Below are positions 11,105 to 20,414 of a stretch of DNA of 38,024 bases, piece by piece. Each line of letters opens with the position of its first letter. Positions within the stretch are counted from its first letter, which is position 1. The stretch is taken from the NCBI GenBank assembly GCA_964588985.1, contig CAZPQW010000029.1, positions 1 to 38,024 on the forward strand, given 5' to 3'. A program made the position numbers and the translations under genes. The stretch is from an uncultured Solirubrobacteraceae bacterium (lineage in GTDB: Bacteria > Actinomycetota > Thermoleophilia > Solirubrobacterales > Solirubrobacteraceae). A model generated the notes under the pieces. It worked only from the letters and a program-made list of their open reading frames with translations, did not search any database and had not been told where the DNA came from.

Positions 11105-11604
11105 GCCCCGAGAAAGAGACCGAGCAGCGCATCGGGCTGCACAGCCTCGCGCCCGCTCCGGGCAGCCGCCGTCCGCGCAAGCGCATCGGCCGCGGCGAAG
11201 GCTCCGGCACCGGCAAGACATCGGGTCGTGGCCAGAAGGGCGCGGGCTCACGCTCGGGCTCCAAGAGCCGCGCGGCGTTCGAGGGTGGGCAGATGCCGAT
11301 CCACATGCGCATGCGAAAGCTGCGCGGTCCGCACATGAAGAAGTCGATGCCCTTCGAGCCCTTCCGCACGCACACGCAGCCCGTGAACATCGACGCGCTC
11401 GACAGCCGCTTCGAGGCCGGCACGGAGGTCACGCTCGAGCTGATGAAGGCCAACGGCCTCGGCACGCGCAACGGCATCCCCGTCAAGGTGCTCGCCAAGG
11501 GCGAGATCACCAAGGCCCTCACGGTCCACGCCCACGCGTTCAGCGCCGGTGCGCGCGAGCGCATCGAGGCGGCCGGCGGGACCTGCACCATCGTCGAGGC
11601 CTGA
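11101..11604 (+). CDS. rplO: 50S ribosomal protein uL15
   Basis: GTGA overlap; [33 protein letters not shown]. Confidence 0.97.
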   Translation: MSPEKETEQRIGLHSLAPAPGSRRPRKRIGRGEGSGTGKTSGRGQKGAGSRSGSKSRAAFEGGQMPIHMRMRKLRGPHMKKSMPFEPFRTHTQPVNIDALDSRFEAGTEVTLELMKANGLGTRNGIPVKVLAKGEITKALTVHAHAFSAGARERIEAAGGTCTIVEA

Positions 11605-11708
11605 GAGATCTCGCGCCGTGAAACCGGCGGCGCTCCCAAGCGCATCCACTAGAATCCGCCACTCCGCTAGCGCTCGGGCACCTCGCCCCCGTGCAGCGGC
11701 CTGACACC

Positions 11709-12980
<1,272 letters not shown>

Positions 12981-13077
12981 CGCTTCGCTGTTGGCGGACG
13001 CCTCGCGCGCGGCGTCACAAGGGTGGGGTTCTCCATGGTGGCAACAGCACCCTCGGACCGGATAGGCTGCCTCGATC

Positions 13078-13755
13078 TTGTCCGAGCTGAACCTGATCCT
13101 GTTGGGGCCGCCGGGGGCCGGTAAGGGCACCCAGGCCGATCGCCTGCGCGACGATTTCGTGCTGCCCCACATCTCCACGGGCGACATCCTGCGCGCCCAG
13201 GTCAGCGAGGGCACCGAGCTCGGACGCGAGGCCAAGCGCTTCATGGACGCGGGCGAGCTCGTGCCCGACGAGGTGATCGTGGGGATGATCACCGAGCGGG
13301 TCGCGGACGGAGACGCCCGCGACGGCTTCCTGCTCGATGGCTTCCCGCGCAACGAGCAGCAGGCGGACGCGCTCGCGGACGCGCTGAGCGGACTCGACCG
13401 CCACCTCACGGCGGCCCTCCTGATCGAAGTCCCCGACGAAGATCTCGTTCGCCGCCTGGCGGGGCGGCGCGTGTGCGTGAAGAACCCGAGCCACATCTAC
13501 CACGTGGACTTCGACCCGCCCAAGCACGAGGGCGTGTGTGACCAGGACGGCTCGCGTCTGCTCCAGCGCGACGATGACAAGGAGGAGACGATTCGCCGCC
13601 GTCTGGAGGTCTACCACGCCCAGACAGAGCCGCTGATCGACTACTACGACGAGGCTGGGCTGCTGCGGCGCTTCGACGGCACACGCAGCGCGGACGAGGT
13701 TCACGCGCACGTGCGTGCGACCGTCGCGACGCTGCGCCTGGAGGAGAAGCTCTAG
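13078..13755 (+). CDS. adk: Adenylate kinase
   Basis: TTG start; GPPGAGKGTQ, ISTGDILR, LDGFPR, QRDDD. Confidence 0.98.
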   Translation: MSELNLILLGPPGAGKGTQADRLRDDFVLPHISTGDILRAQVSEGTELGREAKRFMDAGELVPDEVIVGMITERVADGDARDGFLLDGFPRNEQQADALADALSGLDRHLTAALLIEVPDEDLVRRLAGRRVCVKNPSHIYHVDFDPPKHEGVCDQDGSRLLQRDDDKEETIRRRLEVYHAQTEPLIDYYDEAGLLRRFDGTRSADEVHAHVRATVATLRLEEKL

Positions 13756-13790
13756 ACAGCTGTAGGTTCTGCGGAGCCAATCCTTAGAGG

Positions 13791-13796
13791 TAAGCT
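13791..13796 (+). promoter_or_regulatory. -10 hexamer TAAGCT, probable leaderless map promoter
   Basis: TAAGCT + 7 nt + GTG start, no SD between. Confidence 0.55.
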
Positions 13797-13803
13797 CCAA
13801 AAC

Positions 13804-14610
13804 GTGATCATCAAGAAGTCACCCGCGGAGATCGAGAAGATGGCGGCCGCGGGAGCGATCCTCGCGGCGACGCTCGACCTGATGCAGAGCAGCGTGCGCC
13901 CAGGCGCGAGCACTTTAGAGCTGGACGTGCTGGCGGAGCGCTTCATCCGCTCCCACGGCGCCGAACCGACCTTCAAGGGCTACCGCGGCTTCCCCGGCTC
14001 GATCTGCGCATCGCCCAACGCGATGATCGTGCACGGCATCCCCGGCCCCTACAAGCTCACGCGCGGGGACATCATCTCGATCGACGTGGGCGTGACCCTC
14101 GACGGCTGGGTGGCCGACGCGGCGCGCACGTTCCCGGTCCAGGAGATCGGCAAGACCGAGCGCAACCTGCTGAGCGCCACCGAGGAGTCCCTGCACGCGG
14201 GCATCGCGCAGTGCATCCCCGGCAACCGCATGGGAGACGTCTCCAGCACGATCCAGAAGGTCGCCGAGGGCGCCGGGCTGTCGGTGGTGCGCTCGCTCGT
14301 CGGACACGGCGTGGGGCGCTCGATGCACGAGGACCCGCAGGTGCCCAACTACGGCAAGCCCGGCAAGGGCCCGTTGCTCGAGGAGGGGATGGTCCTCGCG
14401 ATCGAGCCGATGACCACCGCGGGGCGGCCCGGAGTGCGCATGGGCGGCGACGGCTGGGCGATCTACTCCCAGGACGGCTCGCCCGCGGCGCACTTCGAGT
14501 TCACCGTCGCGATCACCGGCTCGGGGCCGCGCGTGCTCACCCCGTGGCACCTATCCGCGGAGCAGCGCACCGCCGAGCCGCTGCTCGAGGGACTCGCCGG
14601 CGCCGGTTGA
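13804..14610 (+). CDS. map: Methionine aminopeptidase type I
   Basis: HGIPG, DIISIDVG, GWVADAA, GHGVG, HEDP, AIEPM, AHFEFT. Confidence 0.98.
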   Translation: MIIKKSPAEIEKMAAAGAILAATLDLMQSSVRPGASTLELDVLAERFIRSHGAEPTFKGYRGFPGSICASPNAMIVHGIPGPYKLTRGDIISIDVGVTLDGWVADAARTFPVQEIGKTERNLLSATEESLHAGIAQCIPGNRMGDVSSTIQKVAEGAGLSVVRSLVGHGVGRSMHEDPQVPNYGKPGKGPLLEEGMVLAIEPMTTAGRPGVRMGGDGWAIYSQDGSPAAHFEFTVAITGSGPRVLTPWHLSAEQRTAEPLLEGLAGAG

Positions 14611-14630
14611 CGTGCCCGCGGCGTGGAACT

Positions 14631-14760
14631 TGCTAACATCCGCAGCCTTGCCCGTGTGCAAGGCTTCTAGGCCTGCGCGAGGGCACATCCACGACCCGGT
14701 AGCGGCGGCCGTAACGGCAGCCAGAGCCGAGTCGCCGGAACCCAGCCGCCGAAAGGGATC
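14631..14760 (+). promoter_or_regulatory. Extended -10 promoter and structured 5' leader of rpmJ-rpsM operon
   Basis: TG-C-TAACAT (14631-14639); AGCCTTGC/GCAAGGCT hairpin 14644-14665; CGGCGGC/GCCGCCG pair 14703-14751 abutting SD GAAAGGGA. Confidence 0.5.
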
Positions 14761-14874
14761 ATGAAGGTAAGACCGTCGGTCAAGCCGATGTGCGAGAAGT
14801 GCAAGATCATCCGCCGCCACGGCGTGGTGCTGGTCATTTGCCAGAACAAGCGCCACAAGCAGCGTCAGGGCTAG
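14761..14874 (+). CDS. rpmJ: 50S ribosomal protein bL36, zinc-binding (not in ORF track)
   Basis: Manual translation [37 protein letters not shown]. Confidence 0.99.
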   Translation: MKVRPSVKPMCEKCKIIRRHGVVLVICQNKRHKQRQG

Positions 14875-14880
14875 GCGTCG

Positions 14881-15264
14881 ATGGCACGAATCGCCGGCGT
14901 CAACCTGCCCCTGAACAAGCGTTCGGAAATCGGGCTTACATATATCTACGGGATCGGACGCTCCACGTCCGCGAAGGTTCTCGCCCAGCTGGGGATCAAC
15001 CCCGACACCTACATCCGCGACCTCACCGAGGACGAGGTGGTCAAGCTGCGCGACGCGATCGACGAGGGCCTGACCGTCGAGGGCGACCTGCGGCGCGAGC
15101 GCTCCCAGGACATCAAGCGCCTGCAGGAGATCGGCTGCTACCGCGGTATCCGCCACCGTCGCGGGCTCCCCGTGCGCGGGCAGAAGACCAAGACCAACGC
15201 TCGTACGCGCAAGGGTCCCAAGCGCATGCAGGTGGCGGGCAAGAAGAAAGCAGGTAAGAAGTAG
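14881..15264 (+). CDS. rpsM: 30S ribosomal protein uS13
   Basis: [32 protein letters not shown]. Confidence 0.99.
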   Translation: MARIAGVNLPLNKRSEIGLTYIYGIGRSTSAKVLAQLGINPDTYIRDLTEDEVVKLRDAIDEGLTVEGDLRRERSQDIKRLQEIGCYRGIRHRRGLPVRGQKTKTNARTRKGPKRMQVAGKKKAGKK

Positions 15265-15659
15265 TGCCCCCAGCACCCAAACGCGCACGCGGCCGCCGCA
15301 AGCCGAAAAAGAACATCCCCGTGGGCCAGGCCCACATCAAGACTTCTTTCAACAACACGATCGTCTCGCTGACCGACACCCAGGGCAACGTGATCGCGTG
15401 GGAGTCCGCCGGCGGCGCGGGCTTCAAGGGCTCGCGCAAGTCGACGCCGTTCGCCGCGCAGGTGACCGCCGACGCGGCCGCCCGCAAGGGGCTGGAACAG
15501 GGTTTGCAGAAGGTGGAGGTCTACGTCAAGGGTCCCGGCTCCGGCCGCGAGACCGCGATCCGCTCACTGCAGGCGGCGGGCCTGGAAGTGACGGGCGTCA
15601 AGGACGTGACCCCGCAGGCACACAACGGGTGTCGCCCCCGCAAGCGACGGAGGGTCTGA
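15264..15659 (+). CDS. rpsK: 30S ribosomal protein uS11
   Basis: [33 protein letters not shown]. Confidence 0.99.
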   Translation: MPPAPKRARGRRKPKKNIPVGQAHIKTSFNNTIVSLTDTQGNVIAWESAGGAGFKGSRKSTPFAAQVTADAAARKGLEQGLQKVEVYVKGPGSGRETAIRSLQAAGLEVTGVKDVTPQAHNGCRPRKRRRV

Positions 15660-15662
15660 GCA

Positions 15663-16283
15663 ATGGCCAGAGACACGAGTCCCCAGTGCAAGCAGTGCCG
15701 CCGCGAGGGACAGAAGCTGTTCCTCAAGGGCGAGCGCTGCCTGACGGACAAGTGCGGCGTCGAGCGCCGCGCATACCCGCCGGGAGAGCACGGGCGTGGG
15801 CGCATGAAACAGAGCGAGTACCGGGTGCAGCTGCGCGAGAAGCAGAAGGCGCGCCGCTACTATGGCGTGCTCGAGAAGCAGTTCCACGGCTACTACGTGA
15901 AGGCTTCGCGCCAGGCCGGCATCACCGGCGAGAACCTGCTCGCGCTGCTCGAGTGCCGCCTGGACAACGTGCTCGTGCGCCTCGGCTTCGCCGCGTCACG
16001 CCGCCAGTCGCGCCAGCTGATCCGCCACGGCCACTGGACCGTGAACGGTCGGCGCGTGAACATCCCCAGCTACCAGGTGCGCCCGGGCGATGTGATCACG
16101 ATCAAGTCCGAGACACCCGCAACGCAGGTGGTCAGGGACGCGACCGAGCTGACCGGACAGATTCCCGCGTGGCTGCAGGCCGACCACGAGTCGCTGTCGG
16201 CCAAGGTGCTGCGCAGGCCGGAGCGGCGCGAGGTAGCCGCACCGGTGCAGGAGCAGCTCATCGTCGAGCTGTACTCGAAGTAG
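15663..16283 (+). CDS. rpsD: 30S ribosomal protein uS4 (Cys-containing, zinc-type)
   Basis: CKQCRREG...C...C, QLREKQK, RLDNV, IVELYSK. Confidence 0.99.
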   Translation: MARDTSPQCKQCRREGQKLFLKGERCLTDKCGVERRAYPPGEHGRGRMKQSEYRVQLREKQKARRYYGVLEKQFHGYYVKASRQAGITGENLLALLECRLDNVLVRLGFAASRRQSRQLIRHGHWTVNGRRVNIPSYQVRPGDVITIKSETPATQVVRDATELTGQIPAWLQADHESLSAKVLRRPERREVAAPVQEQLIVELYSK

Positions 16284-16382
16284 TAAGAGCTTTTCACGCA
16301 TCGTGGCCCAGTCGGGCGGCGGTGCTCAAGAGCCGGCGTCCGTGCGACCCCGGTGCGACATCAAAACGACGTTAGGACTCTC

Positions 16383-17360
16383 ATGCTCGACTTCCAAATC
16401 CCCCGGATCACTAGCGAGTCGGTGGAGCAGAACCGTGGCACGTTCACGATCGAGCCGCTCGACCGCGGGTTCGGCTACACGTTCGGCAACTCGCTTCGGC
16501 GCGTATTGCTCTCCTCCCTCGCGGGCGCCGCTGTGACAAGCGTTCGCATCGAGGGCGTGGCGCACGAGTTCTCGACCATCGAGGGCGTCAAGGAGGACGT
16601 GACCGACATCGTGCTCAACCTCAAGGGCGTGGTCTGCAGGATGCATTCCGACGCGAGCGAGGTCGAGGCTCCGCTGGTGATCACCGGACCGGGCGACATC
16701 ACCGCGAAGGACATCGACCTGCCGGCGGGCGTGGAGATCCTCAACCCCGACCTGCACATCGCGACGCTCGAGAAGAAGACGAAGCTCGAGCTGTACATGA
16801 CGATCGGCCGCGGCCGTGGCTACCGTCCTGCGGAGGAGAACAAGTCCGCCGACCAGCCGATCGGCGTGATCCCGATCGACTCGATCTTCTCTCCGGTGCG
16901 CCGTGTGGCCTATGCGGTCGAGCAGGCGCGCGTGGGTCAGAAGACGGACTTCGACAAGCTGACGCTCGACATCGAGACCGACGGCTCGATCGACCCGCAG
17001 GCCGCGCTGCGCGAGGCGGCCGAGCTGCTGATCAGCCAGCTGGCGATCTTCACCGACGCGGACCGCATCCAGGAGCTGCGCGCGACCCCCGGAGGACAGC
17101 TCGACGGCCACGGCCTGGCGGTCGCGGCGGGCGGCCCCCAGGCGGCGCTGCAGGGCGAGGAGTTCGGCATCCTGATCGAGGAGCTGGAGCTGGGCGTGCG
17201 CTCGTACAACTGCCTCAAGCGCGCGGGCATCCAGACGGTGGGCGACCTGATCTCGAAGTCCGAGGCGGAGCTCAACGCGATCCCGAACTTCGGCAAAAAG
17301 TCGATCGACGAGGTCATCGAAACTCTGCATGCTAGGGGCCTGAACCTCCGAGCCGACTGA
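16383..17360 (+). CDS. rpoA: RNA polymerase alpha subunit
   Basis: EPLDRGFGYTFGNSLRRVLLSS, IDSIFSPV, RSYNCLKR, NFGKKS; SD AGGA before ATG 16383. Confidence 0.99.
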   Translation: MLDFQIPRITSESVEQNRGTFTIEPLDRGFGYTFGNSLRRVLLSSLAGAAVTSVRIEGVAHEFSTIEGVKEDVTDIVLNLKGVVCRMHSDASEVEAPLVITGPGDITAKDIDLPAGVEILNPDLHIATLEKKTKLELYMTIGRGRGYRPAEENKSADQPIGVIPIDSIFSPVRRVAYAVEQARVGQKTDFDKLTLDIETDGSIDPQAALREAAELLISQLAIFTDADRIQELRATPGGQLDGHGLAVAAGGPQAALQGEEFGILIEELELGVRSYNCLKRAGIQTVGDLISKSEAELNAIPNFGKKSIDEVIETLHARGLNLRAD

Positions 17361-17387
17361 CGTAGAGCGCCGCGATTCTCGGCCGGA

Positions 17388-17455
17388 GGGAGTGTGGATG
17401 ATCGATTCACGCCCGCCGCCGCAGGCTGCCGCGTGAATCGATCAACTACACTCCC
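17388..17455 (+). repeat. 25-bp inverted repeat between rpoA and rplQ
   Basis: GGGAGTGTGGATGATCGATTCACGC (17388-17412) / GCGTGAATCGATCAACTACACTCCC (17431-17455); one mismatch, one G-U. Confidence 0.85.
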
Positions 17456-17460
17456 GACCC

Positions 17461-17814
17461 ATGCGCCACCAGAAGACCAAACACAAGCTCAGCCGCGACT
17501 CCGCGCACCGCAAGGCGCTGCTCATGAACCTGAGCAAGGAGATCATCGAGCACGAGCGGATCGAAACGACTCAGGCGAAGGCCAAGGCGGTCAAGCCCGA
17601 GATCGAGAAACTGATCACGCTGGCGAAGCGGGGAGACCTGCACGCCCGCCGTCAGGCGCTCTCGACGCTGTGCCAGGACGCCTCGGCGGTGCACAAGCTG
17701 TTCACCGACGTGGCGCCCCGCTACGCGGAGCGTCCGGGCGGCTACACGCGCATCCTCAAGCTCGGGCCGCGTCGCAGCGACTCGACCGAGATGGTCTTCA
17801 TCGAGCTCGTCTGA
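17461..17814 (+). CDS. rplQ: 50S ribosomal protein bL17
   Basis: [33 protein letters not shown]. Confidence 0.99.
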   Translation: MRHQKTKHKLSRDSAHRKALLMNLSKEIIEHERIETTQAKAKAVKPEIEKLITLAKRGDLHARRQALSTLCQDASAVHKLFTDVAPRYAERPGGYTRILKLGPRRSDSTEMVFIELV

Positions 17815-17835
17815 TCTCGCGCCGCCTGCGCGGGG

Positions 17836-18621
17836 ATGGTCACCAAGCTCACGATCGAGTACGACGGGACGGGGTTCGCCGGCTGGGCACGCCAGCCGGA
17901 CGAGCGCTCCGTGCAGCAGGAGCTTGAGAAGGCGCTGCGCACCGTGCTGGGCGAGACGGCGCAGGACGGCGGGCCGCTGAAGCTGACGGTCGCGGGCCGC
18001 ACCGACAGGGGCGTGCACGCGTGGGAACAGGTCGCAAGCTACGCCCACGAGGCGGTCGACCCGCTGCGGCTCAACGGGCTGCTCGACGACGACGTGGCGG
18101 TGCTCGCCTCAGAGCCGGCGTCCGACACGTTCAACGCGCGCCACGACGCGACCAGCAGGACATACTGCTACCGGGTCCTCTCCAGACGCACGCGCAGCGT
18201 GTTCGAGCGCGGCCGTGCGTTCTGGTGGACCGGCAGGGTCGACCGCGACGCGCTGCACGAGTGCGCCGCCGCGATCCACGGCCGCCACGACTTCACCGCG
18301 TTCACGCCCACCGAAACCGAACACTCGCGCTTCCACCGCACGGTGATGAGCGCGGAGTGGCGCGAGTACGGAGACCTGCTCGAGTTCTGGATCGAGGCGG
18401 ACACGTTCATGCGCCACATGAACCGCGTGCTCGTCGGCACGATGCTCGACGTGGGCGCGGGCGCGCGTACGGTCGATGAATTCAAGGAGCTGCTCGAGGG
18501 GCGCCCGCGCGCGGAGGCTGGCAGGACCGCGCCCGCGCACGGGCTGGCGCTCGCGCGGGTTTCCTACGACGGGCCGCGGCCGGCTTGGCACGAGGCCCCC
18601 GAAACCGACACCGACGAGTAG
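17836..18621 (+). CDS. truA: tRNA pseudouridine(38-40) synthase
   Basis: IEYDGTGFAGW, AGRTDRGVHA, HDFTAF, TAPAHGL. Confidence 0.97.
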   Translation: MVTKLTIEYDGTGFAGWARQPDERSVQQELEKALRTVLGETAQDGGPLKLTVAGRTDRGVHAWEQVASYAHEAVDPLRLNGLLDDDVAVLASEPASDTFNARHDATSRTYCYRVLSRRTRSVFERGRAFWWTGRVDRDALHECAAAIHGRHDFTAFTPTETEHSRFHRTVMSAEWREYGDLLEFWIEADTFMRHMNRVLVGTMLDVGAGARTVDEFKELLEGRPRAEAGRTAPAHGLALARVSYDGPRPAWHEAPETDTDE

Positions 18622-18634
18622 GGTCCCTCGCGGC

Positions 18635-20410
18635 TCAGCCTTCGACGTAGCCTTCGCAGAATTCGGCCGCTTCCTTGTCCTTGGCGACAAGGCTTTCCGT
18701 GTACACCGTCGACCCGTCGCTGCGGCGGACGATCAGTTCAGAGGGAAGGGCCGAGAACGCGCCGTACACGAGCGGGCCCTTCGCGTGGAGACGTGCTTCG
18801 GCCGGGACCACGTTCAGCGCGACGGCGCCTTGAGGGGTTTGCGCCGTCACCGACGTTCCCGGCGGCGCGAGGATTCCGTAGAGGATCGCGTAGGGGTGCG
18901 GGGCGCAGCCGATCGACAGCGACCAGGGGAACGCCTTGGGCGATTGGAGTTCTTCGAGCGTTAGTTCATTGAGTTCCGGGTTGACGCCAGCGTCGACGCT
19001 TAGGCCGGGCGCCCCGTTGAACTCGCCGAAAGCACTGATCGTGAAAGGTTCTCCGTCCGGGGTATGTCCAGTGGCGAGTTCCGCGACGTTCAGTGGGAAT
19101 TCCTGTTGATGGCGTGGCTTGACGCAGCGGTATCGCGGCAGATGCAACGTGAGCACGACTTCATTGCCGGCATTCAGCTCGATGAGCGACACGGCGTGGC
19201 TGGAGCTGCCCCGAATCTCCTGAGCGTAGATCCCCGCGGGGCCGCCGTCTCTACGTGGTCCGTGAACCACACGCGATTCGATCGTGCGCCCATTGGCGAG
19301 CACCAGCCTGACCGAGCGCACCGAGGCGGGCACCGCGGTCTGGATCGTCTCGAGACCCACTTCGCAGAACAGCGCGGGGTGTCGCAAGTGTGGCGGGGAG
19401 AGGCAGATCGGGTTGTTGGGCCCGCCCACGATCAGCACTTCGGGCGAGCCGCCCAGTCGAGTGTAGGCGACCGTCGCCGACCGATGGCAGGAGCTCACGG
19501 AGCTGAAGAGGCCGCTGGACGAGCTGGAGTCCACGACGAAGCGCGTGCCCGCGGCGGTGCGCCCTCGGCCCAGCACGATCGGCTTCCTGGGTTCTTCGCC
19601 CGCGGTATGCGGGAACCCGACGATTCGACGCACCCGGAAGACCGTCTTAAGGGTGGCGAAGACTCCGGAAAACAGCTTCTTTGCGACCGCACGGGTCTTG
19701 CGGATCAGCGCTCGATCAGATGCGTTCTCGTAGGGCTTCAGCAGCGGTTCCAGGGGAGGTTCCTCGCGAGCGGTTCTCTTCCGTGCTTCGCGCGACGCCT
19801 CGAATTCCCGGCTGGCCGTCGACAGGGCGCGGTAGCCGCTCTGCGCCCACGCTCTCGCGTCGGCACAGAATGACAGCGCGGGGGTGGAGAGATCTTCGAG
19901 CCTGATCGCGGTGATGCCCTGCACGCGCGAGGCGGTCGTCGGGTCGCTCCAGGACAGCTGGCTTACTTCGGCGGCGTAGGTCTCCTCGGCTGGGCGATGC
20001 ACGCTGTCGCCGGGTTGAGCGATCGCCGTGGCGAGCTCCGTCTCGATCGTTTGCTGCTGATTCGTCAGGCGGGCGTTTTCGCCCTTGGCGCGGGGCGTTG
20101 GCACAGTGATCGGGTTTAGGGATGGCTGTGGCATCCCCGACAGCACCCCGCGGCATTCTCGCGCGATCTGCGTAGCCGCGGCCCTTTCCGCGCCGCGCAC
20201 CGCGGCGGCGTCATGTTGAAACGCCGTGAGAAGCCGGTACTGGGCAAGCAGGTAGGCGTGCGTGGCCTGCTCGTCGGCGCTCGACCCGGCAGCGATCGGT
20301 GCGCTGCCGCACAGAGCCGTGGAGGCGAGGACGAGCGCGGCAGCAGCCCGGCCGCTCCATCTCCCCGTCCATCGTTGCCGCCGTGCGCGCATCACGAGTC
20401 GACGACTCAT
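18635..20410 (-). CDS. Uncharacterised secreted protein, paralog A (8 conserved Cys)
   Basis: 591-aa ORF with signal-peptide-like N-terminus; collinear similarity to upstream ORF; starts 4 nt after paralog B stop. Confidence 0.85.
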   Translation of the reverse strand: MSRRLVMRARRQRWTGRWSGRAAAALVLASTALCGSAPIAAGSSADEQATHAYLLAQYRLLTAFQHDAAAVRGAERAAATQIARECRGVLSGMPQPSLNPITVPTPRAKGENARLTNQQQTIETELATAIAQPGDSVHRPAEETYAAEVSQLSWSDPTTASRVQGITAIRLEDLSTPALSFCADARAWAQSGYRALSTASREFEASREARKRTAREEPPLEPLLKPYENASDRALIRKTRAVAKKLFSGVFATLKTVFRVRRIVGFPHTAGEEPRKPIVLGRGRTAAGTRFVVDSSSSSGLFSSVSSCHRSATVAYTRLGGSPEVLIVGGPNNPICLSPPHLRHPALFCEVGLETIQTAVPASVRSVRLVLANGRTIESRVVHGPRRDGGPAGIYAQEIRGSSSHAVSLIELNAGNEVVLTLHLPRYRCVKPRHQQEFPLNVAELATGHTPDGEPFTISAFGEFNGAPGLSVDAGVNPELNELTLEELQSPKAFPWSLSIGCAPHPYAILYGILAPPGTSVTAQTPQGAVALNVVPAEARLHAKGPLVYGAFSALPSELIVRRSDGSTVYTESLVAKDKEAAEFCEGYVEG

Positions 20411-20414
20411 CCTT

